A stretch of 64,000 nucleotides of DNA from Octopus vulgaris (lineage: Eukaryota), in assembly GCA_951406725.2 (NCBI GenBank), contig OX597822.1, positions 80,538,001 through 80,602,000 on the forward strand. Reading direction: 5' to 3'. How positions within the stretch are numbered: the stretch's first letter is position 1; every line of letters begins with the position of its first letter. Position numbers and translations under genes: made by a program. The notes below the pieces were generated by a model, which searched no databases, was not told the origin of the DNA, and worked only from the letters and a program-made list of their open reading frames with translations. Positions 52,070 through 64,000 of this stretch are shown one piece after another.

Positions 52070-52670
52070 ACACCTTCAGCAACATAGAAGAGTGAACGTA
52101 AACAATTATAACCTTCCACTAAACCTGGATAACTGCTGTAATATACCCAGGTGCCACTTACAATTAACTAGGCAGCATTTCCCCCAAGAACACATATATA
52201 ACAGTGACATTTTAACGTTGTGTAATATGAAGCTCTGTCGCTCTTAGATGAACACCACAGATTTCTGCATTGCTTACTATAATAGAAAACGCATACTTAG
52301 AGCAAGACTAATCGTTTCACCGAACTTCAACAGCCGAAAACAATAAGCGTAGAATCAGGTGGTATGAGAAATTAATATAGATTTTCATGATTACAGCCGT
52401 TTTGTAATTTTCTGTACTACAAAAATTCTGGATGTTACCATATTATTCCGCTTTATTAACTACGAGTTAGTTTACACTATTGTACATATCTTTATGAATA
52501 TAGAAACGCATTATATAATAGTAAGTATATATATTGATGTAAAATATCTGAATATCATTTGAGTGTTGAAATTCAGAAGACTACATGGAGAATATTGCGA
52601 AACGGCCGTAATATGAAAATCATATACAAATAACAAAGGTGTTTTCACCTCTCATACAGCCTGATTCTCT
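52070..52670 (+). mobile_element. Penelope-like remnant followed by an inverted pLTR-like pair
   Basis: LTRQHFPQEHIY..NMKLCRS resembles the PLE HFP..H..IFN..KLSYSC motif; imperfect inverted repeat ~52350-52425 / ~52585-52670 with CAGAAGA..GAAACGGCCGTA. Confidence 0.55.
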
Positions 52671-52671
52671 G

Positions 52672-52702
<31 letters not shown>

Positions 52703-52853
52703 GAAATATTAAATTTTTTTATACCTCAGAGAGATATAAGCAGTGATGGTACGATAGAGCAGTTGTCTAGTGTCAACTTACCGTGACAGTCCCATAAAGG
52801 GAGTCAAACCACCGCTATTTATCCCTAGGAAGCATCAACGCTTCCTGTCGGCC

Positions 52854-52895
<42 letters not shown>

Positions 52896-52899
52896 TATG

Positions 52900-52933
<34 letters not shown>

Positions 52934-53140
52934 CATATGTATATATGTATATACATATGTATATACACATATATACAAACATACATATACATACATATAT
53001 ACATGTATATAAGTATGTGCGTGAATATACCTATATACATACATATATATATATATTTGTGTATATGAATATATATATATATATATATATATAGATCAAT
53101 AAATGGTGGGGTTGTGTTGACCGCACGTGGAGAAATGATA

Positions 53141-53350
53141 AGTAAGGAAAAATTTTTTTTTAAATGCAGAATGCATTTTTTAAAAATGTTTTTTAAAAAA
53201 ACTTTTTAAAACATAAATATTCTTGACAAGTCATACAATGACGAAAACCGGTTGAATAAATATATATTTATATATTTTATCAATTTCTCATTTTATTAAA
53301 ATTTTCTTTCATTTGAGCATTCTGCATTTAAAAAAAATTTTTTCCTTACT
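53141..53350 (+). repeat. Inverted-repeat cassette in (TA)n carrying a U3-A8 hammerhead-like motif (53218-53258)
   Basis: Arms 53141-53174 / 53317-53350; UAUUC UUGACAA GUCAU-ACA-AUGAC GAAA ACCGG UU GAAUA. Confidence 0.7.
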
Positions 53351-54200
53351 ATATATATATATATATTTATGCATGTATGTATTTATGTATGTATATATTT
53401 CTTACGGAATTCTTCCTACGATAAACAATAAACATAGAACACTTTTCGCTAGATACTTTAGACAACTATTTGATATCAATAACTTTAAATAAATACAAGA
53501 ATCATTATATATTAAATATACAATTATATCTTTTAACACGTTTTCTTACAGTTTCTAGATTAAATAAGACTTAATTATTTATCTATATATTATTGTTGTA
53601 TGTTATTATAATAGCGAAATATTGTCTTAGATATATACGGGTTTGAATTTATATTAATTAAGATATATATATAAAAATATATTTCAATAGTTGTAGATTC
53701 TACTTACTTAATTATTTTGTCCGTTATAATTTTGTTGTTTTTCTTTTAAATCTTTGATGTAATTGAGATGCTCATTATACATAAGTATTTGCATTATTAT
53801 TTTCACAATCCAGCAATTTTTTCACACGGAATTTCGTCTATCTACAAACCATTTGCCCCGATGAGGCTTATATATAAGTGAATTGAATTGTTTTTATATT
53901 AAAAAATATATGTAAATCGAAACAAATTGTTGTTTTTTTGTTTTTTAAATAATTCCTTATGTTGTATTATATAATATTCATGGTATATTGTGCCATATTA
54001 TAATATAAATAAATTATTCGATTGTCATTTGTATCGCTCTATTTAATTTATTGTTTGCAATTTGCATTATACCCTTATTTCTGAGGTATTCAAGTTACAT
54101 ACCAGTGAATTGGATGTTTTACACACCGCTTTCAGGGATTTCCTTTCCATAGTTTATTACCTTACATTTACATATATACACACACACACACACATACACA

Positions 54201-54236
<36 letters not shown>

Positions 54237-54274
54237 TGTGTATGTGTGTGTGTGTGTATATACATGTGAGTATC

Positions 54275-54308
<34 letters not shown>

Positions 54309-54765
54309 TATAACCAGAATAATCAACAAGATATCCAGAGGTGATGCAGTACGATCGTTTCAAGCGACTCCATTTAATTGAAAAATGCAATCATTACATC
54401 AATATAAATGCAGAGTAATCCTTAGCTGCATAAATACATAAATAAATAGAATATAATTAATCAGTCGGACACATTTGTATAATTTTACCTAAATCCTCTA
54501 AGAGTGTAAGGAAACAAAGTTCATGCTGTATTCACCTCAGCTTAGAAACTACTAAGACTTCAGGAAAAAAACCTTGTTATCGTTCTAGCTTGTCACTGAT
54601 TTTTGGGTCGGTTTTAATTTATAGACTTTATTCACCTTATTTGAACCTGTACGGATAATTCCTCACTAATTTTTGGTGACTCAACTTGAGTAACTATTTC
54701 ATCTGGATCTCAATTATTTTGTTTATGAATATATATAAATATATATATATATATATGTGTGTGTG

Positions 54766-54796
<31 letters not shown>

Positions 54797-54843
54797 GTAT
54801 GTATACATACATATATATATATGCATATATATATATATGTATG

Positions 54844-55348
<505 letters not shown>

Positions 55349-56771
55349 TTATGAATTTAACCTTTAAATTTATTTTTTAATATGCTGGCCATCGATAAAT
55401 TTTTTTTCGAGAAATTTTATCCTACATTAAATATAAATTTAATAGTGTTCACTTCCGGACTTTCTCACTCTGTGAGAGCCTCAGTTCAAATCGCATATGT
55501 ATATATTGTATATATATACATATATGGATATATACATGTGTCTATATATGTATGTATATATATATATATAATGAGAGAGAGAGGCAGACAGATAAGCAGA
55601 TCTAGCGCATTTTCAACCACTATACAAACATGCATACATATATGCATTCACACACACAAAAACACATAAACACCACGCGCACATTCTCACAACGGACACG
55701 CACAAACACACAAGCACACACAACAGCGTCGCACATACACTCACGCACACACACACACACCACATACACACACGCTCGCGCACTCATATATCACTTAAAG
55801 TAGCCCGTTTCCTCAGATGGGCCGTACGAGTAGCAGTTGGCGGAGTTTAAATATGTTGTTGTTCTTCTCTCCTTCCGGGTATTTTTACCTCTAAATTGCA
55901 GAGAAAGAAAATAATTGCCTCCAGAGGAAATCGCCATATTGTTCAAATCCTGTCTTCACAATATCCGGTCTCTTAAATTTCTCGCTTTCTCATCTCTCGT
56001 GTCTTTATATTTCATTTCCGTGCTGTATTACTTATGTATCGGCGTGGCTTTCGTTTGAATGAGAAGATGGCGGAATGAGTGTTGCTTTTTTTTTAGAGGT
56101 GCACTCACGCTCAGACACAGGAACACACACTCATTGACAAGAATAACATGCATGCATATACATACACGCATAAATATATACACCCACACATACATGGATG
56201 CACACATAGACAAACACACATGTCCAAACGCACACACACACGCATATGTATACACATACATTTATAGACACACACATACAAAGAAACAGAGGGAAAAAGA
56301 GGAGACAAAGGGCGGAGATAGAGCGAGTGTAAGTTTCGCAAAATTCGGAGGTGGAACATGCCACGCAATTGAATGTGTGTGTGAGTGTATGTGTATGTAT
56401 GCGTTTGTGTGTGCACACGCAAATGTATGCACGTGTGTGTGCCTGCGTATGTGTGTGTATATATATATATATACACATATGCATACATATATTTATATGA
56501 AGGGATGTTATTATTAATTGATATTGTAGAAACAGCTATAAGACCTTCTATCTATAAATGCTTTAATATCTATACAGCCTTGGTTTTTTTTATCTCATTA
56601 CACAAAAAATTTATATATACACATGCTGACATAGAACCAACGTTGAACCCTTTATTCGCAATATTTTCCAATCTGGAACTTAACTATGGTCTGTCTATAG
56701 CACTTATTCAGTATTACCTGACACCTTTGGGTCTCAATGACACTATTATCTCTTATAACCTCAACTTCTCG

Positions 56772-56815
<44 letters not shown>

Positions 56816-56955
56816 CACGGAGATGTACTTGCATAGCAAGTGATTTGATTTAAGATCGTGTGCTGAAACGAAAGCAATTGCAGCGTGGAAGCTGTTTGTA
56901 AGCCATGTAAGAAACACACAAAAGCCGTTCGATTCACTTCAACATTTAAGTTTAA

Positions 56956-57006
56956 TTTGTCAAAATATTTTCGTCGCATTAAGACCGCGACCTGTTCACT
57001 GACAAA
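56956..57006 (-). ncRNA. Hammerhead-like motif with swapped G3-C8 core pair
   Basis: UUUGUCA GUGAACA G GUCGC-GGUCUUAAU-GCGAC GAAA AUAU UU UGACAAA; 7-bp stem I, 5-bp stem II, palindromic stem III. Confidence 0.62.
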
Positions 57007-57540
57007 AATCCGTGATTCAGGCCTAGAGTGTGTTAGTCAGTGTGTGATCTCAGATCGGAAATGGATCTGAGCTATTTCAGCTAAACATAGCTTATATTTA
57101 TTTGATCCATTAACAATTATCTTTCACTTAATCACACATGTGGCTAGCCAACTCCGTAGCTTTGTTTTTATCCCTATGTCGGAAAGAGGTTATGTGATTG
57201 GCATAATGATTTTTGAATTTTGCTGCACATAATCTAATCTAGCTCATCTTAACTCTTGTATTATCACTAACGTTGCAGTAACTTCTGCCTCATATATGAC
57301 AAATTTAATCATACATCAATGGTTAAGTAGACAGTATGCAGGGTCCTGAGAGTTACAACTGGATATAAGATTTTGGTACTAATGTAGTGTAATGATACTC
57401 TTCATATTGGGACAGCAGCCAAATGATAATTTTACAGAACGCCTGTTAAATTTCCTGTAGCTATTAAAATATTAAAATTGTATGGAATAATAGTTATCTC
57501 TCACCAGATGGAGTACTTTTTTTGTCGATCTTACCATATA

Positions 57541-57649
<109 letters not shown>

Positions 57650-59221
57650 GTAAATGTCGAACAAATGAGTGCTCAACACAGCATTGGTAGAGAAAATTTC
57701 TTTATTCATCTATTAAGGCTGCCATTGGTTTCATGTTTCGATTATATCTTAATATATTAATTTTTCAAGACGTTCACTTGAGGAATGGTGTTCCTCTCCA
57801 TTCTTGGTTGAAAACACGTCGTTTATATATTATATATATAAATACATACATATATACATACAAAACACATATATACATACATATATATATATGTATGTAT
57901 ATATATATTTATTTACCACTCGGCTACATAAAATATTGTCAATAATTTTCTTTATTTACGAACAATACAGACACAGACATAGCCACACACACAAAGACAC
58001 ACAGACATGTACACGTATTTCTATGTATACCTACATACCTACCTACCTACATACATACATACATACATACATACATACATACATACATACATACATACAT
58101 ACATACTATATAACTAATATATAGTGCTTGTTATTCCTGTATTTGTTTTAGATGCTTTTCTAACAGTAAAATGCAGCAGACGAATATAGAGTTATATTTC
58201 AAAGTATTTAATAAACACAATAAAACGACTTGAAATCTTGAATGGGCGTTAATAAAAATCAATATTGCAAGAACGGAAAATTGAATGACGAAACATTTTT
58301 TTACACGTATGTAGATAAGTGCTTCTGTGTATGCATACTTGTGCGCGTGCGAATGTGTGTGTGTGTATGTGTATGTATGTGTGTATGTGCGTGTGTGTCT
58401 TTGGTCATTTATGTGTATGTGTGTGTGTGTGTTTGTGTGTGTGTATGTTTCTGCATGTCTGTGTGCGTGTGTGTTTTTATGCGTCTGTAAAATGTGAGCT
58501 ATATTTGTAACAATAGACTCATTAAAGTATTGTCCTATTTTTGTGTGAAATCATCACCTCCATCATCATCATCATCATCTTCGCCATTGCCTTTACCAAC
58601 CACCCCTCCATCACTATCTTATTCTGCGGCACTGTCAGCACTACGTCCCTCATATGACCACGGGTATCATCATCCACATCCCCTCCTCCTCCTCCTCATC
58701 ATCATCATCATCATCACCATCGTCATCAAACCATCGTCTCTTTTTTTCTCATCCACATTCTACAGAATCACTATTCTCTTGTCACCAGCATTCATCGTAT
58801 TTATTTCTACTTGTAATTATTAAAACAAACAAAAAAGCAGAAATGATTTTTCTTGTAGTTTTTTTTTGTTGCTATTGTTGTTTGTTTTGTATTATCTTTG
58901 CGTCTGTCGTTGCGGTTGTTTTTGCTGTAGTTTGTAATTGTTTTTGTTGCGTTTCTATTGTATGTATTTGTAGCTTGCTCTCGAATGGTAGACATTGAAG
59001 TAGTGAATGCATTCTGTTATTAATTAGCGACAGACTGGATATCACCATCAGCAGCAGCAGCATTATCACCAGCGACGAAGGATGCGGTCCAGCATGTGGA
59101 CGTTTGAGATGCAAGAAATATCAGTCGAATCGTAGTCAAATCCAATAATAAGCAGTTTGATCGGAGCAACACGAACAACATCAACAGCAATAAAACGAAA
59201 AAATTCTTTAATCATAGTCCC

Positions 59222-59515
59222 TTATTTGTTTGTTCCTTCTAGAGCTATGCCTGGGTCATAAGGTCCGGTTTCCTGGCTTCCTTGGCGTATAGGTTCTCCA
59301 CCTGGACGGGACGCCGGTCCGTCGCAGGTGAGCTGCAAGATGCAGGAGGAAAGAGTGAGAGAGAGTTGTGGCGAAAGAGTTAGCAGAAGTTCGCCATTAC
59401 CTTCTGCCGGAGCCGCGTGAAGCTTAGGTTTTTCGCTCATAAACACACACATCGCCCGATCTGAGATTCGAACCCGCGAGTTCACTGCTCTAACCACTAG
59501 ACCATGTGCCTTCAC
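59222..59515 (-). mobile_element. tRNA-derived SINE with V-domain-like segment
   Basis: Minus strand: TGGTCTAGTGGTTAGAGC (A box), GGGTTCGAATCTC (B box), CCTGCGACGGACCGGCGTCCCGTCCAGG, short AAC/AAAC tail. Confidence 0.8.
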
Positions 59516-59651
59516 AGTCCCATATTTACAAAGTAAATAAATAATTATAAATTTCTGTCTCTCCTCCGTTCGCGTTACCCTCTGTCAACCGAAGCCAATA
59601 GCTACTACTACTACTACAACTACTATTATTATTACATCAACAACAACAACA

Positions 59652-59748
<97 letters not shown>

Positions 59749-59749
59749 T

Positions 59750-60240
59750 TATTGAGTGAGAGCAGGGCATTCTATCCAAGTGACACTGGGGCAACGTATA
59801 CGAAACACAGTATACCCATCATGACTACCTGTCTGCTAAGTGCGCTCCCCCTCAACTTCTGTTTGTGATCAGAGATGCACATATTGTCAGCCACTAAGGG
59901 ACATGCTCAACTGGTTAATGTCATCAAGTGACAAGCAAATCTGTGTTACTGAGTACAATATTTGCTGTAGCCCATCTTTTATAGCAAGACAAAAGAATGT
60001 ACATGAAAGCATTTCCCGTTAAGATCAGAAGCCATGGGAGCCACTGTCTATTAGGGCATTACACTCCCCGACTACTTCTGCTCAACCTCAGAGATGCATA
60101 TATCGTCGGCCACTAAGGGATATGCTCTACTGTTTAGGGTCAAACAAGTGACAAGCAAATATGTAGTATTGAGCAGAATATATGCTGTGTCCCATCTTTT
60201 TTTTATCAAGATAAAACAATGTAGAGTCAGTACCACACTG
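59750..60240. repeat. Rearranged copy of the ~550-bp microsatellite-flanked repeat family
   Basis: Starts TTGAGTGAGAG..AAGTGACACTGGGG like 60765; the GAGATGCA..GCCACTAAGGGA segment is duplicated internally. Confidence 0.85.
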
Positions 60241-60287
60241 TATTATTATCATTATTATTATTGTTGTTGTTGTTATTATTATTATGA

Positions 60288-60319
<32 letters not shown>

Positions 60320-60459
60320 GTTATGATTATTATTATTGTTGTTGTTGTTGTTGTTATTATTATTATTGTCATTATTATTATTGTTGTTGTTAATATTATT
60401 ATTGTTATTATTATTATTGTTATTTTTGTTGTTGTTGTTTTAGTTCTTGTTCTTGCTGT

Positions 60460-60650
60460 TGCCTTTGCACAGTTTCTAACGCTGAAGATGTACTACAGAG
60501 TCAGCTGTTCACTACAAGCAAACTAAGGTAACACATCTTATTTTTCGAGCACCTTCCGGAATATTTGGGCGGACCCAAGCAGAGCTGTTTTCTGCTAGTG
60601 CTCCTCCATAGTTTATTTTCTTTCTCAATTACGACTATGTCCGGCTTATA
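60460..60650 (-). mobile_element. R4/Dong-type LINE extreme 3' fragment with (AAC/AAT)n tail
   Basis: QKTALLGSAQIFRKVLEK* then a short UTR and the 60241-60460 trinucleotide tract. Confidence 0.75.
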
Positions 60651-60661
60651 ATAATAATGAC

Positions 60662-60713
<52 letters not shown>

Positions 60714-60764
60714 ATAATAATAATAATAATTATTATTATTATTATTATTAATATTATTATTATT

Positions 60765-61319
60765 GAGTGAGAGAGCAGTTCATGCCATCAAAGTGACACT
60801 GGGGTAAAATATACGAAGCCCAATATACCCATCATGACTACCCGTCTGATAAAGGTACACCAGGTACATGCATCACAACCATATGTGCGCGACATGGTGA
60901 TCTCATATCAAGATAAACAGCACATGACCTTGCAGGTGGGGCCCAGTTAGAATTTTCTTCAGGTTGAGTAGCCCATCCCGCTCAAACGGTCCCTGAATAA
61001 GGGTTGTTTAAGGATGTTGAAAGAAACACCCATGTTTCCAGAGGTGAACTATTCAAACCCCAAAGAATCCCTCTCAACACATGGCTATGATGCTCCCCCA
61101 GTACTTCTGCTCGTGATCAGAGATGCACATATCGTCAGCCACTAAGAGACATGCTCAACTGGTTATGGTCAAACAACTGACAAGCAAATCTGTGGTATTG
61201 AGCAGAATATTTGCTGTAGCCCATCTTTTATACCAAGACAAAACAATGTACATGATAACACTTCCAATCAGTTAAGATCAGAAGCCATGAGAGCCACTGC
61301 CTGGTACTGCATCAGGGCA
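60765..61319. repeat. ~550-bp non-coding repeat, most complete copy, flanked by (ATT)n on both sides
   Basis: Collinear with 59750-60240 and 61418-61872; no coding motif recognised. Confidence 0.9.
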
Positions 61320-61417
<98 letters not shown>

Positions 61418-61418
<1 letters not shown>

Positions 61419-61872
61419 GAGTGGAAGAGTGAAACTAGGATAGAATATACGAAGCTCTGTATACCCGTCATGACTACCCGTTTGATAAGGGTTCATCAGG
61501 CACATGGATCACAACATGTGATCCCATACTGAGACTAACAGTCCCACACCTTCCAGGTGGGGCCCAGTTCGAATTTTCTTCAGGTTCAGTAGCCCATCCC
61601 ACTCAAAAGGTCAAGAACAAAGTTGTTTAAGGATGTTGAACGAAACACCCGTTTCCAAAGGTGACTTATCGAAACCCATCAAAATTGTTTTTAACACATG
61701 GCTATGATGCTCCCCCAATGCTTCTGCTCGTGATCAGAGATGCACATATCGCCAGCTACTAAGGGATGTGTTGAACTGATTAAGGTCAAACAACTGACAA
61801 GTAAATCTGTGGTATAGAGCAGAATATTTGCTGTTGCCTATCTTTTATACCAAGACAAAACAATGTACATTG
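61418..61872. repeat. Third, more diverged copy of the ~550-bp family
   Basis: CATGACTACCCG..GGTGGGGCCCAGTT.GAATTTTCTTCAGG..ACACATGGCTATGATGCTCCCC..GAGCAGAATATTTGCTGT. Confidence 0.88.
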
Positions 61873-61883
61873 TTATCATCATT

Positions 61884-61934
<51 letters not shown>

Positions 61935-62139
61935 TTCATCATCATTATTATTATTATTGTTATTATTATTATTATTTCATTTCCCAGAACTCGATTTTAC
62001 TTCTGAATTCTCTAAGAAAAGACAATGACCTCTTTTTACGTACACAGGATGGTCTTCGATACATTTAGCCTCCAAGTACTTGTCTGAAAATCCTCGCTGC
62101 CCACCATAAAGCCCTTTTAAGAACATGGAAAGCCATGTT

Positions 62140-62500
62140 GTCAATCCTAGGTTCTCCAAGAAATTTCCCAGACCTGATTGTTAATACTCTCAAAGCCCCT
62201 ACAACGACATTGATAAAAGTTACTCTCTTCATTGTCCACAGTCATGAAATCACATTTTATAGCGGTTTTTAATTATCAGTCTTTTCTGGTTCTTTGTCAT
62301 TCATTCGTACATCCCTGGGTATGGCAATATTTGTGATCTTGGTTTCCCTTCATTTCATGAAGCATTTCCACTCATTATTCTCGCCTTCTGCTTTATACTC
62401 GTACCATTTCAATGACCTTTCAAGATCATACACCTCACACAATATCCAATGAAACTACTCAGCTACATTATCATGCCACCTTTTATATTCCTTTAGATTT
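62140..62500 (-). mobile_element. R4/Dong-type RLE remnant
   Basis: KRWHDNVAE*FHWILC, KITNIAIPRD..DKEPEKTDN, INVVVGAL. Confidence 0.7.
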
Positions 62501-62856
62501 GCTGCTTTCTAGTGTGTTCATCAAAAGTCGGACGAGTGTGGCACGACTGGCAAAATAGAATGGATCTAATTTGTGTATGTTATTCTTAGCAGGTGGAAAG
62601 AAACTTGATAATGGAACTTCCCATGCCTTAGAAATGATAGAGAAAACCGCAATTTTTACGGGGTACTTACCCTCAATTACCCTAAATGAATTGCCGTGCT
62701 ATTAGAAAATGTATTTATATATTTCCTATCCTTTGTTATATCGTTCAATATTATAGTGCTTCCCTTTCATAGATGGAAACCCTATCTTATTTGTGTGCTT
62801 CATTTCGTCCTTTGATATTGTCCATCATGTCTTGGGTCCTATTGGCCAATAAAATA

Positions 62857-62919
<63 letters not shown>

Positions 62920-63370
62920 CATCATTGTTATTGTTGTTGCTCTTGTTGTTGTTGTTGTTGTTGTTGTTACCATAAATGATTGTATATCTTTCTCTACTGA
63001 AATGTCTTTATACTTCGTTAACGCTTGGAACTCCAATTTGTTGAGTGCTTTAAACAAACGGTCGTATATTTCTGTATCGTGTCTTGTAAACAAACCACAG
63101 AAAACTGTTAGTGTTACTTTTCCGGTTTTGCTTTGTTTTGTTTTGTTTTGTTTTTCCTTGTTTTTTTATATTTTTTGGTGGAGAGTATATATTTTGACCA
63201 GAAAATAATTTGTTTCTATTCAGTAAAAAAAATGGCCACGAGAAATGGAGACAATGCGCTGCCATATGTATATTTTGTAAATGAAAACAAATACATAAAG
63301 AAACAAACAGCAAAAACAATAAACAAACATACTTTACCGCAAGACATTTCAAAGAAAAGTTGATGTGTTT

Positions 63371-63431
63371 TTATGTGGACAACAACGCTAGCATGATCGA
63401 TACCATCAGGAATACTGACAACAGGAAAAAC
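63371..63431 (-). CDS. Candidate terminal coding exon of a host membrane-protein gene
   Basis: Strong acceptor TTTCTTTGTTTTTTAG|G, then phase-2 frame FFLLSVFLMVSIMLALLST-stop (one hydrophobic helix), followed by U-rich UTR-like unique sequence. Confidence 0.35.
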
Positions 63432-64000
63432 CTAAAAAACAAAGAAACACATTGATATATATATATTTGGTAAAATAAATTAGTGTAAATGGTGTTCGTA
63501 GAAATGAAAGCAGTTTTGCAAACATTACTAGCCATAGGCGGCATATTTGTTTGCATGGAACGAATACAGAGAGAGAAGGAGCCACAGTAACAATGCATCA
63601 CAAAAGAGTATGCGTTAAGTATGACGTTACCCAACAAAGTACATGAGACATTGAATTCTCGATAAATTTAAGGGGTACTCAGTGTGTCCCTAAACATTTC
63701 AGAAAGAGACTTTCTTTGATACATAGAACGAAATGAGTGTCATTAAGTGCAGTGAGATGTATGGGAATGTCTGATTTGAATTCGAGACCTAATGCAACTC
63801 GAAGCGATACAAGGTGAATCGAAAGGCCATGTTAGCGCACCATATCGTTATAGACTCATCCATATACATGAGGCAGAAAGGAAAGGAGCAAAATTTTTCT
63901 CAATTGTAAATTTAAATCTTTATACTCTCTACCGCTTTTGATTGTTCACGAATACATCAAGCTATTCTTGAATAAAGGAGACGGAAACAAATTCAAAAAT

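Noticed and set aside
61265-61319. Possible HDV-like ribozyme at the end of the 550-bp family
   Set aside because: Could not build P3/L3 or P1.1 by eye; P1 has a mismatch.
59750-61872. Repeat-spacer alternation suggestive of a CRISPR-like array
   Set aside because: Units are ~500-bp diverged interspersed repeats separated by microsatellites in eukaryotic DNA; no cas genes and no short constant repeats.

Overview
This is AT-rich, microsatellite-saturated animal (eukaryotic) DNA. The SINE families resemble those I recall from Octopus, but that is not verified by a search. Almost all of it is transposon-derived intergenic or intronic sequence, and most six-frame ORFs are microsatellite artefacts. 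Solid elements: (1) a full-length Helitron (5129-10704, minus) with an uninterrupted 1458-codon Rep/Helicase frame and canonical termini, inserted in a (TA)n tract; (2) a young 5'-truncated CR1-type LINE nested, with a 6-bp TSD, in an older R4/Dong-type LINE; (3) a hAT MITE with an 8-bp TSD; (4) remnants of R4/Dong, RTE, Penelope, Gypsy, Tc1/mariner and another DDE transposon; (5) many tRNA-derived SINEs. The least expected signal is about a dozen minimal hammerhead-ribozyme motifs, mostly inside short inverted-repeat cassettes embedded in (TA)n. Several keep the core 3-8 base pair by compensatory change (U3-A8 in two families, G3-C8 in one). One family joins a tRNA-like Pol III head to a hammerhead tail (two copies). 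One candidate host terminal exon lies at 63371-63431. All structures were folded by eye, and remnant boundaries are approximate.
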